From contig CAWHDZ010000020.1 in the NCBI GenBank assembly GCA_963828255.1, forward strand, positions 1 to 45,564: a DNA stretch of 45,564 bases, written 5' to 3'. The notes beneath the pieces are model-generated. The model was given only the letters and a program-made list of their open reading frames with translations, was not told the origin of the DNA and searched no databases. Made by a program: the position numbers and the translations under genes. Position 1 is the first letter of the stretch. Every line of letters begins with the position of its first letter. Source of the stretch: an uncultured delta proteobacterium. GTDB taxonomy: Bacteria; Myxococcota; Myxococcia; Myxococcales; Anaeromyxobacteraceae. Shown here one piece after another: positions 17,054-27,971 of the stretch.

Positions 17054-17869
17054 ATGCCCCCTCCTGCGACGTACCTCCTGGGTGCAGTGCAGATGACCTC
17101 CACCGCGGACCGGGCCCGCAACCTGGCCTCCGCGGTCCGGCTCCTGAACGAGGCCGCCGACCTGGGCGCGAAGCTCGTCGGCCTTCCGGAGAACTTCGCC
17201 TTCATGGGGCGGGACGAGGAGCGCATCGCCTCGGCCGAGCCGCTCGAGGGGCCCACGCTCGGCGCCATCCGCGAGGTGGCGCGGGCGCGCCGGATCTGGG
17301 TCGTCGCCGGGTCGGTGGCCGAGAAGGTGGACCAGCCGGGGAAGACCGCCAACACCAGCGTGCTCATCTCCGACGACGGCTCGCTGGCCGCGGCCTACCG
17401 CAAGATCCACCTCTTCGACGTGAACATCCCGGACGGCGCGCGCTACGCCGAGAGCGAGACCGTCATCCCCGGGGACAAGGTGGTGCTGGCCCCCACGCCG
17501 CTCGGGCGCATCGGCCTCACCGTCTGCTACGACCTGCGCTTCCCGGAGCTCTACCGGCAGCTCTCCGGCCTGGGCGCGGAGGTGGTCTTCATCCCGGCGG
17601 CCTTCACGCTCTTCACCGGCAAGGACCACTGGGAGGTGCTGATCCGGGCCCGGGCCATCGAGAACCTCTCCTACGTCGTGGCCCCCGCGCAGGTGGGGCG
17701 CCACTCGGCCAACCGGCTTACTTATGGAAACGCCATGATCGTGGACCCGTGGGGAACGGTGCTGGCGCGCTGCCCGGAGGGCGAGGGGGTCTGCGTGGCC
17801 CGCTTCGACCGGTCGCGCATGGAACGGGCCCGTCAGGAGCTCCCCTCCCTCAAGCACCGGCGGCTCTGA
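17054..17869 (+). CDS. Carbon-nitrogen hydrolase, Nit1-like (deaminated glutathione amidase)
   Basis: LPENF, YRKIHLFDV, CYDLRFPEL, GKDHWEVLIRARAIEN, VDPWG. Confidence 0.92.
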   Translation: MPPPATYLLGAVQMTSTADRARNLASAVRLLNEAADLGAKLVGLPENFAFMGRDEERIASAEPLEGPTLGAIREVARARRIWVVAGSVAEKVDQPGKTANTSVLISDDGSLAAAYRKIHLFDVNIPDGARYAESETVIPGDKVVLAPTPLGRIGLTVCYDLRFPELYRQLSGLGAEVVFIPAAFTLFTGKDHWEVLIRARAIENLSYVVAPAQVGRHSANRLTYGNAMIVDPWGTVLARCPEGEGVCVARFDRSRMERARQELPSLKHRRL

Positions 17870-17916
17870 AGGCCCTGCACCGTCTGGCGCCACCCGCCGC
17901 GGGGGTGAGGGCTGCC

Positions 17917-19074
17917 CTATCCCGCTCGCTTGCTGAACCGCGCCGTGGCCAGGCCGAAGATGGCGGCCCCGAAGAGCGCCAGCGCGAGGAGCTGGGTCCA
18001 GACGTCGGCGAACCCCGCCCCCTTCATCATGTTGGCGCGGGCGATCTCCTGGAAGTAGCGCAGCGGGTTCAGGAGCGTGATGGCCCGCATCCATCCCGGC
18101 ATCGAGTCGATGGGGGTCATGATCCCCGAGAGCAGCATGGCCGGCATCGTGAAGAGGAAGCCGCCCAGGAAGGACTGCTGCTGGTTCGACGACATGGTGG
18201 AGATGAGGAGCCCCACCCCCAGCGTGGTGAACAGGTAGAGGAGCGTGGCGAGCGCCATCACCGCCAGGTTTCCCCGCAGCGGGACGCCGAAGACCCAGGT
18301 GCCCGCCACCGTGAGGAGCAGCACGTCGAAGAATCCGATGAAGACGAAGGGGGTCATCTTCCCGGCCAGCAGCAGCGTGGCCGGGATGGGGGTGACCGCC
18401 ACCTGCTCGAGGGTGCCCTGCTCCCTCTCGCGGGAGAGCCCCATGGCGGTGACGATGGTGGTCACCACCACGAGCAGCATGGCGGCGATGCCGGGCACGA
18501 TGTAGGGCGGGCTCTTCAGGCCGGGGTTGTAGAAGAGACGCGGGACCAGCTCGATGCGGGCCGGCGGCGTGACCCCCGCGGCCCGGGCCCGGTCGGTGGC
18601 GCGGCGCGCCGCCTCCTCGCCGAAGTAGCGGGTCACCGCCCCGGCGGCCACGTTGGAGCGGTTCGGGTCGGTCCCGTCCAGGATCACCTGGACCTCCGCC
18701 GGCCGGCCGGCCTCGAGGTCCGCGCCGAAGCGGGGCGGGATCACGATGACGGCGGCGGCCTCGCCCCGGTCCAGCGTGGCGGCCCCTTCCTCCGCGCTCC
18801 TGGCCTCCCCGACGCGCCGGAGCGTCCCGTCGGCCAGCAGCCTTCGGAGGTGGAGCCGGCTCTGCTCGCTCCGGTCCTGGTCCGCCACCACGGTGGGGAC
18901 CCGGTCCACCTCGAAATCCACCGCGAAGCCGAGCACCAGGGTCTGGAGGAAGGGCGCGAAGAGCAGCATGAACATGACGCGCCGGTCCCGCAGCGTCTGG
19001 AAGACCTCCTTGCGCACCACCGCCGCGTACTGGATCCGGCCGCGCGACGGGCGGCGCTCCGCGGCGGCGCTCAC
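17917..19074 (-). CDS. ABC-2 exporter permease (YbhR-like)
   Basis: RKEVFQTLRD, REREQGTLEQ, LSGIMTPIDSMP, NPLRYF; GTG start overlaps the upstream stop. Confidence 0.92.
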   Translation of the reverse strand: MSAAAERRPSRGRIQYAAVVRKEVFQTLRDRRVMFMLLFAPFLQTLVLGFAVDFEVDRVPTVVADQDRSEQSRLHLRRLLADGTLRRVGEARSAEEGAATLDRGEAAAVIVIPPRFGADLEAGRPAEVQVILDGTDPNRSNVAAGAVTRYFGEEAARRATDRARAAGVTPPARIELVPRLFYNPGLKSPPYIVPGIAAMLLVVVTTIVTAMGLSREREQGTLEQVAVTPIPATLLLAGKMTPFVFIGFFDVLLLTVAGTWVFGVPLRGNLAVMALATLLYLFTTLGVGLLISTMSSNQQQSFLGGFLFTMPAMLLSGIMTPIDSMPGWMRAITLLNPLRYFQEIARANMMKGAGFADVWTQLLALALFGAAIFGLATARFSKRAG

Positions 19075-20213
19075 GCGATCCTCCGCTGGAAGCGGCGGGT
19101 GGCCAGCGCGATGATGGCCACCGCGAAGAGGAGCATGGCGAGCAGGTCGCCCCAGATGCTTGCGAAACCGTTGCCCTTGAGCAGGATCTGGCGCAACGCG
19201 TCCACCAGGTAGCGCGCCGGGATGAGCCGGGAGATGGCCTGCAGCACCAGGGGCATGTTGTCGATGGGGACGAGCATCCCGGAGAGGAGCAGCGAGGGAA
19301 GCAGCGACGAGAGTGCGCCGGCCTGCGTGGCCACGAGCTGGTTCCTGGCCACCACCGAGATGAAGAGCCCCTGCCCGAGCATCCCGGCCAGGAAGAGGAG
19401 CCCGGCCAGGATGACGAGGAGCGGGCTGCCCAGGATGGGCACGTCGAAGACGTTGGTGCCGACTCCCAGGACCAGCAGCAGCTGGACGAGCCCGATCCCC
19501 AGGTAGGGGAGGAGCTTGCCGAGCACGATCTCCAGGCGGGTCACCGGCGAGGCGAAGAGCTGCTCCATCGAGCCCCGCTCCCACTCCCCGGCCACGGTGA
19601 GCGCGGTGAGCAGCACCGCGGTGATGGCCATGAGGTAGGCGGCCAGGCCGGGGACGATGAAGACCGCCGACCGGGCCTCCGGGTTGTAGCGGGTCGAGAC
19701 TTTCACTTGAAGTGGAGGTCCGGCGGAGATGCCGGCCGCGCCGGCGGCCCTGCGCCCCTCGGAGAGGGCGATGGCGTCGGCCTTGGCGAGCACCTGGTTG
19801 GCGGTCACCGGGTCGGCGGCGTCGACGAGGAGCTGCGCGCGGGCCGGTCCGCCCCGCTCCAGGTCCTTCGCGAAGCCTCGAGGGACGACCAGGATGGCCG
19901 TGGCGCGGTGGCGCCGGAAGATGGCGTCGGCCTCCTCGGGCGCGGCGCCGCCCACCGCGGCGAACTCCCCGTTCTCGGTGAAGGCCAGCGCCAGCCGCCG
20001 GGACGCCTCGGTGCGATCCTGGTCGGAGACGGCGAGCGGGATCTGGTCCACGTCGAAGCTCACGCCGTAGCCGAAGAGGAGCAGCATCACCACCGGCATC
20101 ACCAGCGCCAGCACGAGCGTGCGCGGGTCCCGCTGGATGTGCAGGACCTCCTTCCAGGAGATGGCCATGACGCGGGCGGCGAAGCGCCCACCCCTCGTGC
20201 CGGAGGCGGTCAC
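19071..20213 (-). CDS. ABC-2 exporter permease (YbhS-like)
   Basis: KEVLHIQRDPRTL, YNPE, LTALTVAGEWERGSMEQLFASP. Confidence 0.92.
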   Translation of the reverse strand: MTASGTRGGRFAARVMAISWKEVLHIQRDPRTLVLALVMPVVMLLLFGYGVSFDVDQIPLAVSDQDRTEASRRLALAFTENGEFAAVGGAAPEEADAIFRRHRATAILVVPRGFAKDLERGGPARAQLLVDAADPVTANQVLAKADAIALSEGRRAAGAAGISAGPPLQVKVSTRYNPEARSAVFIVPGLAAYLMAITAVLLTALTVAGEWERGSMEQLFASPVTRLEIVLGKLLPYLGIGLVQLLLVLGVGTNVFDVPILGSPLLVILAGLLFLAGMLGQGLFISVVARNQLVATQAGALSSLLPSLLLSGMLVPIDNMPLVLQAISRLIPARYLVDALRQILLKGNGFASIWGDLLAMLLFAVAIIALATRRFQRRIA

Positions 20214-21163
20214 GGCGTGGCCTCGCCGGACGCCGCGCCCCGTCCCACCACCGCCAGGAAGACGTCCTCCAACGAGGGCTCCGACTCCTCGACCGAGATC
20301 CCCTCCCCGCCCCTCTGCCCGATGGCCGCGCCGACCGCCTCGGGGCTCCAGGCCCCGGCGTCCACCCGGACGTGGAGCCCGGCGCCGAAGGGCTCGGCGG
20401 CCCGCACCCCCGGCAGCGCCCGCAGCGCCTCCGCGCCGGCCGAGAGGTTGCGCCCCCGCACCAGGAGCACCCGGTCGGGCACCCATGTGCGCTTGAGCGC
20501 CGCCGGCGTGTCGAGCGCCACCAGCTTCCCGTCCACCATGAGGCCGATGCGCCGGCAGTACTCGGCCTCGTCCAGGTAGTGGGTGGTGACGAAGACCGTG
20601 GTCCCCCCGCGGGCCAGGTCGCGGATGAGGCGCCAGAAGGAGCGGCGCGCCTCCGGGTCCACCCCGGCGGTGGGCTCGTCGAGGAAGACGATCGACGGAC
20701 GGTGAAGCACGGCGCTGCCCAGCGCGAGTCGCTGCCGGATGCCCCCGGGAAGCGAGCCGGTGATCTCGTACTCGTGGGCGCGGAGGCCGGTCAGCTCGAG
20801 GACCTCGTCGGCGCGCCGGGCCAGCGCGCTCCCCGAGAGCCCGTAGGCGCCGCCGAAGAAGCGGAGGTTCTCCCGCACCGGCAGGTCGAGGTAGAGCGAG
20901 AACTTCTGCGACATGTAGCCGATGGCCGACTTCACGGCCTCCGGCTCGCGGGCCACGTCGTGACCGGCCACGGTGGCCCGCCCGGAGGAGGGCGAAAGCA
21001 GCGCGATGAGCATCCGGATGGTGGTGGACTTTCCGGCGCCGTTGGCTCCCAGGTAGCCGAAGATCTCCCCCTTCTCGACGTGGAAGGAGACGTCGTCCAC
21101 GGCCGTGAAGGCCCCGAAGCGGCGGGTGAGGTGCTCGGCCTCGATGGAGTGGCCGGGATTCAC
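20210..21163 (-). CDS. ABC exporter ATP-binding subunit (YbhF-like, second half)
   Basis: GANGAGKST, GYMSQKFSLY, LDEPTAGVDP, TTHYLDEAE. Confidence 0.95.
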   Translation of the reverse strand: MNPGHSIEAEHLTRRFGAFTAVDDVSFHVEKGEIFGYLGANGAGKSTTIRMLIALLSPSSGRATVAGHDVAREPEAVKSAIGYMSQKFSLYLDLPVRENLRFFGGAYGLSGSALARRADEVLELTGLRAHEYEITGSLPGGIRQRLALGSAVLHRPSIVFLDEPTAGVDPEARRSFWRLIRDLARGGTTVFVTTHYLDEAEYCRRIGLMVDGKLVALDTPAALKRTWVPDRVLLVRGRNLSAGAEALRALPGVRAAEPFGAGLHVRVDAGAWSPEAVGAAIGQRGGEGISVEESEPSLEDVFLAVVGRGAASGEATP

Positions 21164-22071
21164 GCGGCGTGCTCCCGGTGCAGCCGGGAGAGGAAGAGGT
21201 CCTCGAAGGTGGGGGCCACCGGCCGCAGCTCCGCGCCGAGCGGACGCAGCGCCGCCGCCACCGCGTCGCGCGCGCCGGCGTCGAGGTCCACGCGGAGCCG
21301 CGAGCCGGCCGGGGACACGGCGCGCACCTGGGGAAGGGCCGAGAGCGCCGCCTCGACCGGGTCCCTGTCGCCGCCGGCCACCTCGTAGGACTCCTCGTCG
21401 AACCCGGCCAGCAGCGCGGCCGGCTCCCCCTCGAGGAGCAGCCGCCCCCGGTAGGCCAGCCCCACGCGGTCGCAGCGCTCCGCCTCGTCCATGTACGGCG
21501 TGGAGATGAGCACCGCCATCCCCGACTGGACGAACTCGTGGAGGAGCGCCCAGAGCTCGCGCCGGGAGACCGGGTCCACCCCGTTGGTGGGCTCGTCGAG
21601 GAGGAGGACCCTGGGCTCGTGGAGGAGGGCCGCGGCCAGCGCCAGCTTCTTGTACATGCCGCCGGAGAGCTGGTCGGCGCGCCGGTCCACGAAGCGCTCC
21701 AGCCTGGTGATGGCGAGCAGCCGCTCGGCGCGCTTCCGGAAGAGGTCGCGCGGGAGGAGGTAGAGGCGCGAGAAGAACTTCAAGTTCTCCATGACCGTGA
21801 GGTCCCGGTAGAGGCTGTACTGCTGCGGCAGGAGGCCGAGCGCCTCCCGGACCGCCCCGCCCGACCGTGGGTCCATCCCGAGCACGCGGGCCTCTCCGGC
21901 GTCGAGGTCGAGGAGCCCGGCCAGCGCGCGGATGGCGGTGGTCTTGCCGGCGCCGTCGGGGCCGACGAGCCCGTAGAGCTCGCCCGCCCGGACCGAGAAG
22001 CCCATGCCCGCGAGCGCCTCGACCTTGCCGAAGCGCTTCTCCATCCGGCGCGCCTCGAGGGCCGCGTCCAT
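21160..22071 (-). CDS. ABC exporter ATP-binding subunit (YbhF-like, first half)
   Basis: GPDGAGKTT, LSGGM, LDEPTNGVDPVSRRE, STPYMDEAERC. Confidence 0.95.
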   Translation of the reverse strand: MDAALEARRMEKRFGKVEALAGMGFSVRAGELYGLVGPDGAGKTTAIRALAGLLDLDAGEARVLGMDPRSGGAVREALGLLPQQYSLYRDLTVMENLKFFSRLYLLPRDLFRKRAERLLAITRLERFVDRRADQLSGGMYKKLALAAALLHEPRVLLLDEPTNGVDPVSRRELWALLHEFVQSGMAVLISTPYMDEAERCDRVGLAYRGRLLLEGEPAALLAGFDEESYEVAGGDRDPVEAALSALPQVRAVSPAGSRLRVDLDAGARDAVAAALRPLGAELRPVAPTFEDLFLSRLHREHAA

Positions 22072-23108
22072 CAGTTCCCCCGCGGCAGCGTTACCTGCAC
22101 CGGCATCCCGGGGCGGAGCAGCCCCTCGGGGTTGGCCAGCCGGACCTCGACGGGGTAGACCAGCCGGTCCCGGTCGGAGCGGGTCTGGATGTTGCGGGGA
22201 GTGAACTCGGCCCGGGTCGAGACCGAGGCGATGGTCCCCTCGAACTTCCGGTCCGGGTAGGCGTCGGCGACCACGGTGGCCTTGCCCCCGGGCCGGGCCG
22301 CGCCGATCTCGGCGTTGGGCAGGTAGAAGGTGGCCTTCACCTCGGCGACGTCCACCAGGCGCGCCAGCGGTTGCCCGGCCGGCACCAGCTCGCCCACCTC
22401 GTGGGGGAGCTCGTCCACCATGGCGTCCCGGGGGGCGCGCAGCACGCACTCGTCGGCGAGGAGCCGGCTGCGGCGCGTGGCCTCGCCGGAGGCCTTGACG
22501 CCGGCCACGCTGGCCGTGGCCTGGGCGCTCGAGGCCTGGATGGCCAGCTCGGCCGCGCGGGCCTGCTCGGCGCTGGCGCGGGCCTGGGCCTCGGCGGCCG
22601 AGGCTTGCGCGGAGAGCTGGACCGCCCCGCCGCGGGCGCGGTCGCGCGCGGAGACGGACACGTCCTCGGGGAGCGCCTCGAGGCGCACCGCCTCGCGACG
22701 GGCCACGTCGCGCTGGGCGGCCAGCGCGTCGGCCTGGGCCCTCGCGGCCACCTCCGACGCGGCGGCGGCCTCCCGGCTGCGGCGGCTCGCGCCCACGTTG
22801 GCCTCGGCGGCGGCGGCCTGCGCCTGCGCCGAGGCGAACCGCGCCTCCGACTCGGCCAGCGCCGCCCCCTGGTCGGAGCAGTCGAGTTCCACGAGCACCT
22901 CGCCGGCCTTCACCGGACGTCCCTTCACGGCCACGAGCTTCAGGACCCGCGCGGTGATCCGCGCCGAGACGTCCACGTTGGTCCCCTCGATCTCCCCCGT
23001 CCCTCCGGGCGGGGCGTTCCGCGCCCGGGCCTGCACCCAGATGCGCACGCCCAGGAGCGCGACCAGTGCGACGACGACCACGGCGACCACGACGGCGATG
23101 CGGCGCAT
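22071..23108 (-). CDS. HlyD-family periplasmic adaptor (YbhG-like)
   Basis: N-terminal membrane anchor, GTGEIEG, coiled coil, AEFTPRNIQTRSDRDRLVY, LRPGMP. Confidence 0.93.
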   Translation of the reverse strand: MRRIAVVVAVVVVALVALLGVRIWVQARARNAPPGGTGEIEGTNVDVSARITARVLKLVAVKGRPVKAGEVLVELDCSDQGAALAESEARFASAQAQAAAAEANVGASRRSREAAAASEVAARAQADALAAQRDVARREAVRLEALPEDVSVSARDRARGGAVQLSAQASAAEAQARASAEQARAAELAIQASSAQATASVAGVKASGEATRRSRLLADECVLRAPRDAMVDELPHEVGELVPAGQPLARLVDVAEVKATFYLPNAEIGAARPGGKATVVADAYPDRKFEGTIASVSTRAEFTPRNIQTRSDRDRLVYPVEVRLANPEGLLRPGMPVQVTLPRGN

Positions 23109-23153
23109 GCGGCGGCTCCTCGCCCGCTCGGATGGCGGGCCCGCCGGGAGGGT

Positions 23154-23169
23154 TGCCAGGAGCGTGCCG
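23154..23169 (-). promoter_or_regulatory. sigma54 (-24/-12) promoter of the hlyD-ABC operon
   Basis: Minus strand CGGCACGCTCCTGGCA = GG-N10-GC, close to consensus TGGCACGNNNNTTGCW. Confidence 0.65.
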
Positions 23170-23341
23170 ACCCACGGAGGCCGGTCCGTGCGGAAACCCG
23201 CGCCGGGGCGGCTGCGGAGCCGTCCCGCTGTAAGGACTTCCGACGCCCCGTTCGGTGACGCGTACAGCCCGGCGGGGGCGCGACCGCGCCAACCGGCCCG
23301 CCGCCGCTCCAGGGTGGACGGGTTTTCGCGCCGGGGCGAGA

Positions 23342-23357
23342 CGGCATCTTCCTTGCT
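23342..23357 (+). promoter_or_regulatory. sigma54 (-24/-12) promoter of the tolC-kinase-activator operon
   Basis: CGGCATCTTCCTTGCT = GG-N10-GC with TTGCT. Confidence 0.7.
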
Positions 23358-23369
23358 GCCGGGACGGGG

Positions 23370-24653
23370 ATGACCGCACTCGCCGCCCTCGTGGCCCTCC
23401 TCGCCGCTGCCTCCCCCGGGGAAACACCGCCCGTCTCCATGAGCCTGCCCGAGGCGCTCGCGGAGCTCGACCGGCAGAACCCCTCCCTCGAGGAGGCGCG
23501 GGGGCGCGCGGCGGCGGCGCTCGGGGTCGTCCGGCAGGCGGCGGCGCCGCTCCTGCCCAGCCTCTCGGCCGGTGGCGGGTTCTTCCACAACAACACGTCG
23601 GTCATCATCACCGCCCCGTCGGGCGGCGCGCTCGAGCGCATCTACCTCCAGCCGCTCGACGCCTGGTACGGCTCCGCCGGGCTGCGGGTCCCCCTCGTCG
23701 TTCCCGAGGCCTGGTTCACGGTCGCCGCGGCGCGGGACTCGGCGCTCGCCGCCGCGGAGGCGAAGGACGCCACCCGGCTCGCCGTCCGCAGCGCGCTCGT
23801 CCAGGCGGCATGGGCCGCCTGGGCCGGCGACGAGATCGTGGCCGCTTCGGAGCGGGCGGTGGCCTCCGCGCGTTCCCAGGCCGATAGCGCGGGGCGCGTC
23901 CTGAAGGCGGGCATGGGGACGCCGCTCGCCGTCCTTCAGGCCGACACCACCGCCACCCGGCGGGAGAGCGACCTCGTCGCCGCCCGCTCCGAGCGGGCGC
24001 GCGCCCGACTCGCGGTCGGCGCGCTGCTCGGGCGCCCGGTCCCGGTCTCCATCTCGATGCCGCCCGCGCCCGCCGCCACCACCTACGACCTCGAAGCCCT
24101 CTTCCGCGAGGCCCTCGACGCGCGCCCGGAGCTTCGCGCCTCGGCCGCCGTGGTGCGCTCCTTCGAGAAGCAGGAGTCCGCCGCGCTCTGGCGGATGGCT
24201 CCCACCATCTCGGCTTCGGGGGGTGTCCAGGCCCAGACGGTGCCCTTCCCCACCGGTGACAAGGGCGGATGGCGCGTCTCGGTCGACCTGACCTGGAGCC
24301 TCTACGACGGCGGCTACCGCTACGGGAAGGCGGCGCAGGCGGAGGGGCAGGCCGCGGAGGCCCGGGCCGCCGAGACCGGGGCACGGCTCCAGGTCCTGCA
24401 GGAGGTCCAGAACGCCGCGCGCGACGTGGAGGTGGCGCGGCGGCGGCTCGAGCTTTCGCGGGAGGAGCGGGAGACCGCGACGGCGGCGGCCGCCTCGGCG
24501 AGGCGCGGCTTCGGCGAGGGGATCACCTCCAGCCTCGACGTCCTCTCCGCGAACGACATGCTCTACGGGGCCGAGATCCAGGTGGCCACCGCCAGCTCGC
24601 GGCTGGGAGGGTCGCTGGCCGCGCTCGACCGGGCTCTCGGGCGCTCCCCGTGA
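23370..24653 (+). CDS. TolC-family outer membrane efflux protein
   Basis: Signal peptide, MSLPEALAELDRQNPSL, two OEP-like repeats, LTWSLYDGG, GITSSLDVL. Confidence 0.88.
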   Translation: MTALAALVALLAAASPGETPPVSMSLPEALAELDRQNPSLEEARGRAAAALGVVRQAAAPLLPSLSAGGGFFHNNTSVIITAPSGGALERIYLQPLDAWYGSAGLRVPLVVPEAWFTVAAARDSALAAAEAKDATRLAVRSALVQAAWAAWAGDEIVAASERAVASARSQADSAGRVLKAGMGTPLAVLQADTTATRRESDLVAARSERARARLAVGALLGRPVPVSISMPPAPAATTYDLEALFREALDARPELRASAAVVRSFEKQESAALWRMAPTISASGGVQAQTVPFPTGDKGGWRVSVDLTWSLYDGGYRYGKAAQAEGQAAEARAAETGARLQVLQEVQNAARDVEVARRRLELSREERETATAAAASARRGFGEGITSSLDVLSANDMLYGAEIQVATASSRLGGSLAALDRALGRSP

Positions 24654-24667
24654 TACAGACCGACGGG

Positions 24668-25959
24668 ATGGCCAGCCCTCCCCACGGCTTCGCCGAGATC
24701 CAGCGGCAGGAGTTGAATCGGCTCTTCGGACGGGCCGTCGGGATCCGCCTGTTCTTCGTCCCCGTCGTGATGGCGCTCGCCATCGCGCTGGCCTGGACCG
24801 ACCCGCGTCCGTGGCGCACATGGCTCGTGGGCGTGGTCGCCGTGCTCGCCTTCGCGTTCTTCGCCGTCGAGGCGGTCCGGGCGCGGCGCCTGGGCATCGA
24901 GCGGCTCTCCATCTGGCTCAACCTGGGCGTCGCTGCCCTGGGCACCGCCTGCATCGCGCTCGGCACCGGCGGCCTGGGGAGCCCGGTCGTCTTCGTCCTG
25001 CCCGTGCTCGCCATCACCTTCGGCTTCTTCCTCGAGCCCCCGGCCATCTTCGCGCTGACCGGATTCCAGGTGCTGACCGCGGCCGGGTTCGCCGTGCTGG
25101 GGCTGGCCAGCGGGACCCCGGTGGCGCTGACGGCCCTCGGCCAGGCCTCGCGCCTGTCGGTCCTGGTGAACTGGGGCATCGTGACCTTCCTGCTCGTCGG
25201 CGGCGCCGGCCTGGGGCGGGTCATCCGCAAGACCTTCGACGGGATGGTGCGGCGCGCCCTCACCGCCCAGGAGGACTCGCTCCGCGCGTGGCAGGAGCGG
25301 GAGGCGGAGCTCTCGGCGCTCTCCGCCGAGATCGCGCACGAGCTGAAGAACCCGCTCGCCAGCGTGAAGGGGCTCGCCGCCCTGCTGGCCCCGGCCGTCG
25401 CCGACCCTCGCTCCGCCGAGCGGCTCTCGGTGCTGCGCCGCGAGGTGGACCGGCTCCAGTCCATCCTCGACGAGTTCCTCAACTTCTCCCGGCCGCTCGT
25501 GCCGCTGGCGCTGGGGAGCGCCGACGTGGGCGCCATCGCCCGCGAGGTGGCCATGCTCCACGAGGGCATGGCCCGCGACCGGGGCGTGGCGGTCGAGGTG
25601 CACGGCGGAGGGCGGGCACGCTGCGATCCACGCAAGGTGAAGCAGGTCCTCATCAACCTGGTCCAGAACGCGCTCGACGCCAGCCCCCCCGGGAACATCG
25701 TGCTCATCGAGGTCCAGGACGGCGCGGAGACGGCCCGCCTCGCGGTGCTCGACCGCGGCCCGGGGCTCGACCCGGCGCTCGCCGGCCGCGTCTTCGAGCC
25801 CGGGGTCACCACCAAGGCAGGCGGGTCCGGCCTGGGGCTGACCGTGGCCCGCACCATCGCGCGCCAGCACGGGGGAGAGCTGCGCCTCGCGGACCGCGAG
25901 GGCGGGGGGCTGCGGGCCGAGCTCAGCCTCCCGTCGGGCGCCGCCTCCGGGGTGGCCGC

Positions 25960-25963
<4 letters not shown>
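24668..25963 (+). CDS. Multi-pass membrane sensor histidine kinase
   Basis: About six TM segments; IAHELKNPL H-box, NLVQNALDA, DRGPGL, GSGLGL. Alternative GTG start at 24650. Confidence 0.93.
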
Positions 25964-27339
<1,376 letters not shown>

Positions 27340-27351
27340 CGCGAGGGCGGT

Positions 27352-27633
27352 CTACTTCTTCGCCTTGGCCGCCTTCTCGGCCTTCACCTCGACCGACTTC
27401 GCGACGATGCCGTACTCCACCGTGACGTTCGAGCCCTTCTTGAGGTCGCCGGTCACCTTGGTGTCGGCGCCGCGGGTCATCTCGAACTTCTCCCCCTTGT
27501 TCTTCCCGCCGGTGGCCTTGACGGTGATGCTGGTCGGGGTGACGTCCACGACCTCGCCGGTCACCTGGTAGGCGAGGGCGCTCGTGGCGAAGGCGATGGC
27601 GGCCAGTGCGGCGAGGATGCGGGTCTTCTTCAT
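27352..27633 (-). CDS. Small exported beta-rich (OB-fold-like) protein
   Basis: Signal peptide MKKTRILAALAAIAFATSALA, then YQVTGEVVDV...GDLKKGSNVTVEY; GAGAGGAAG upstream; strongly biased codon use. Confidence 0.85.
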   Translation of the reverse strand: MKKTRILAALAAIAFATSALAYQVTGEVVDVTPTSITVKATGGKNKGEKFEMTRGADTKVTGDLKKGSNVTVEYGIVAKSVEVKAEKAAKAKK

Positions 27634-27716
27634 GGCGTGACTTCCTCTCGGAATGGGGGGCGGGCCTGGTGCGGCCGCCGGCCCGGTGGGGGGGAAGGAT
27701 ATGACGAAGTGCCGGC

Positions 27717-27960
27717 TCTGCCCAAACACCGTCCGTTCGGCGGACCTCGGGCAGATGGGGCGTGCGGGAACGTCTTTGTTGACAGGGTTTCCGTGAGATT
27801 CGCTTCCCGTGAAGCGGGGGCCGAAGGAACGCCCCTGTCGCTGCGCAGAAGGCCCGTCGGCGGGAGTTCGCCGCGTCTGGCGAGGTTCGAGATCTCCCGG
27901 CGAAAGGACGCGGCAGCGGGGCTCCCCGTGCGTCTGGGGAGGGTCGAACATCCCGTGAGA
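27717..27960 (+). ncRNA. Candidate structured RNA/leader upstream of the DUF222/HNH-family fragment
   Basis: Several nested stems found by eye (see findings). No family recognised. Confidence 0.35.
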
Positions 27961-27971
27961 CACTGCCCTTC

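Noticed and set aside
27779..27810. TTGACA at 27779-27784 as a sigma70 -35
   Set aside because: No plausible -10 hexamer at 16-19 bp spacing; the sequence also forms one arm of a stem.
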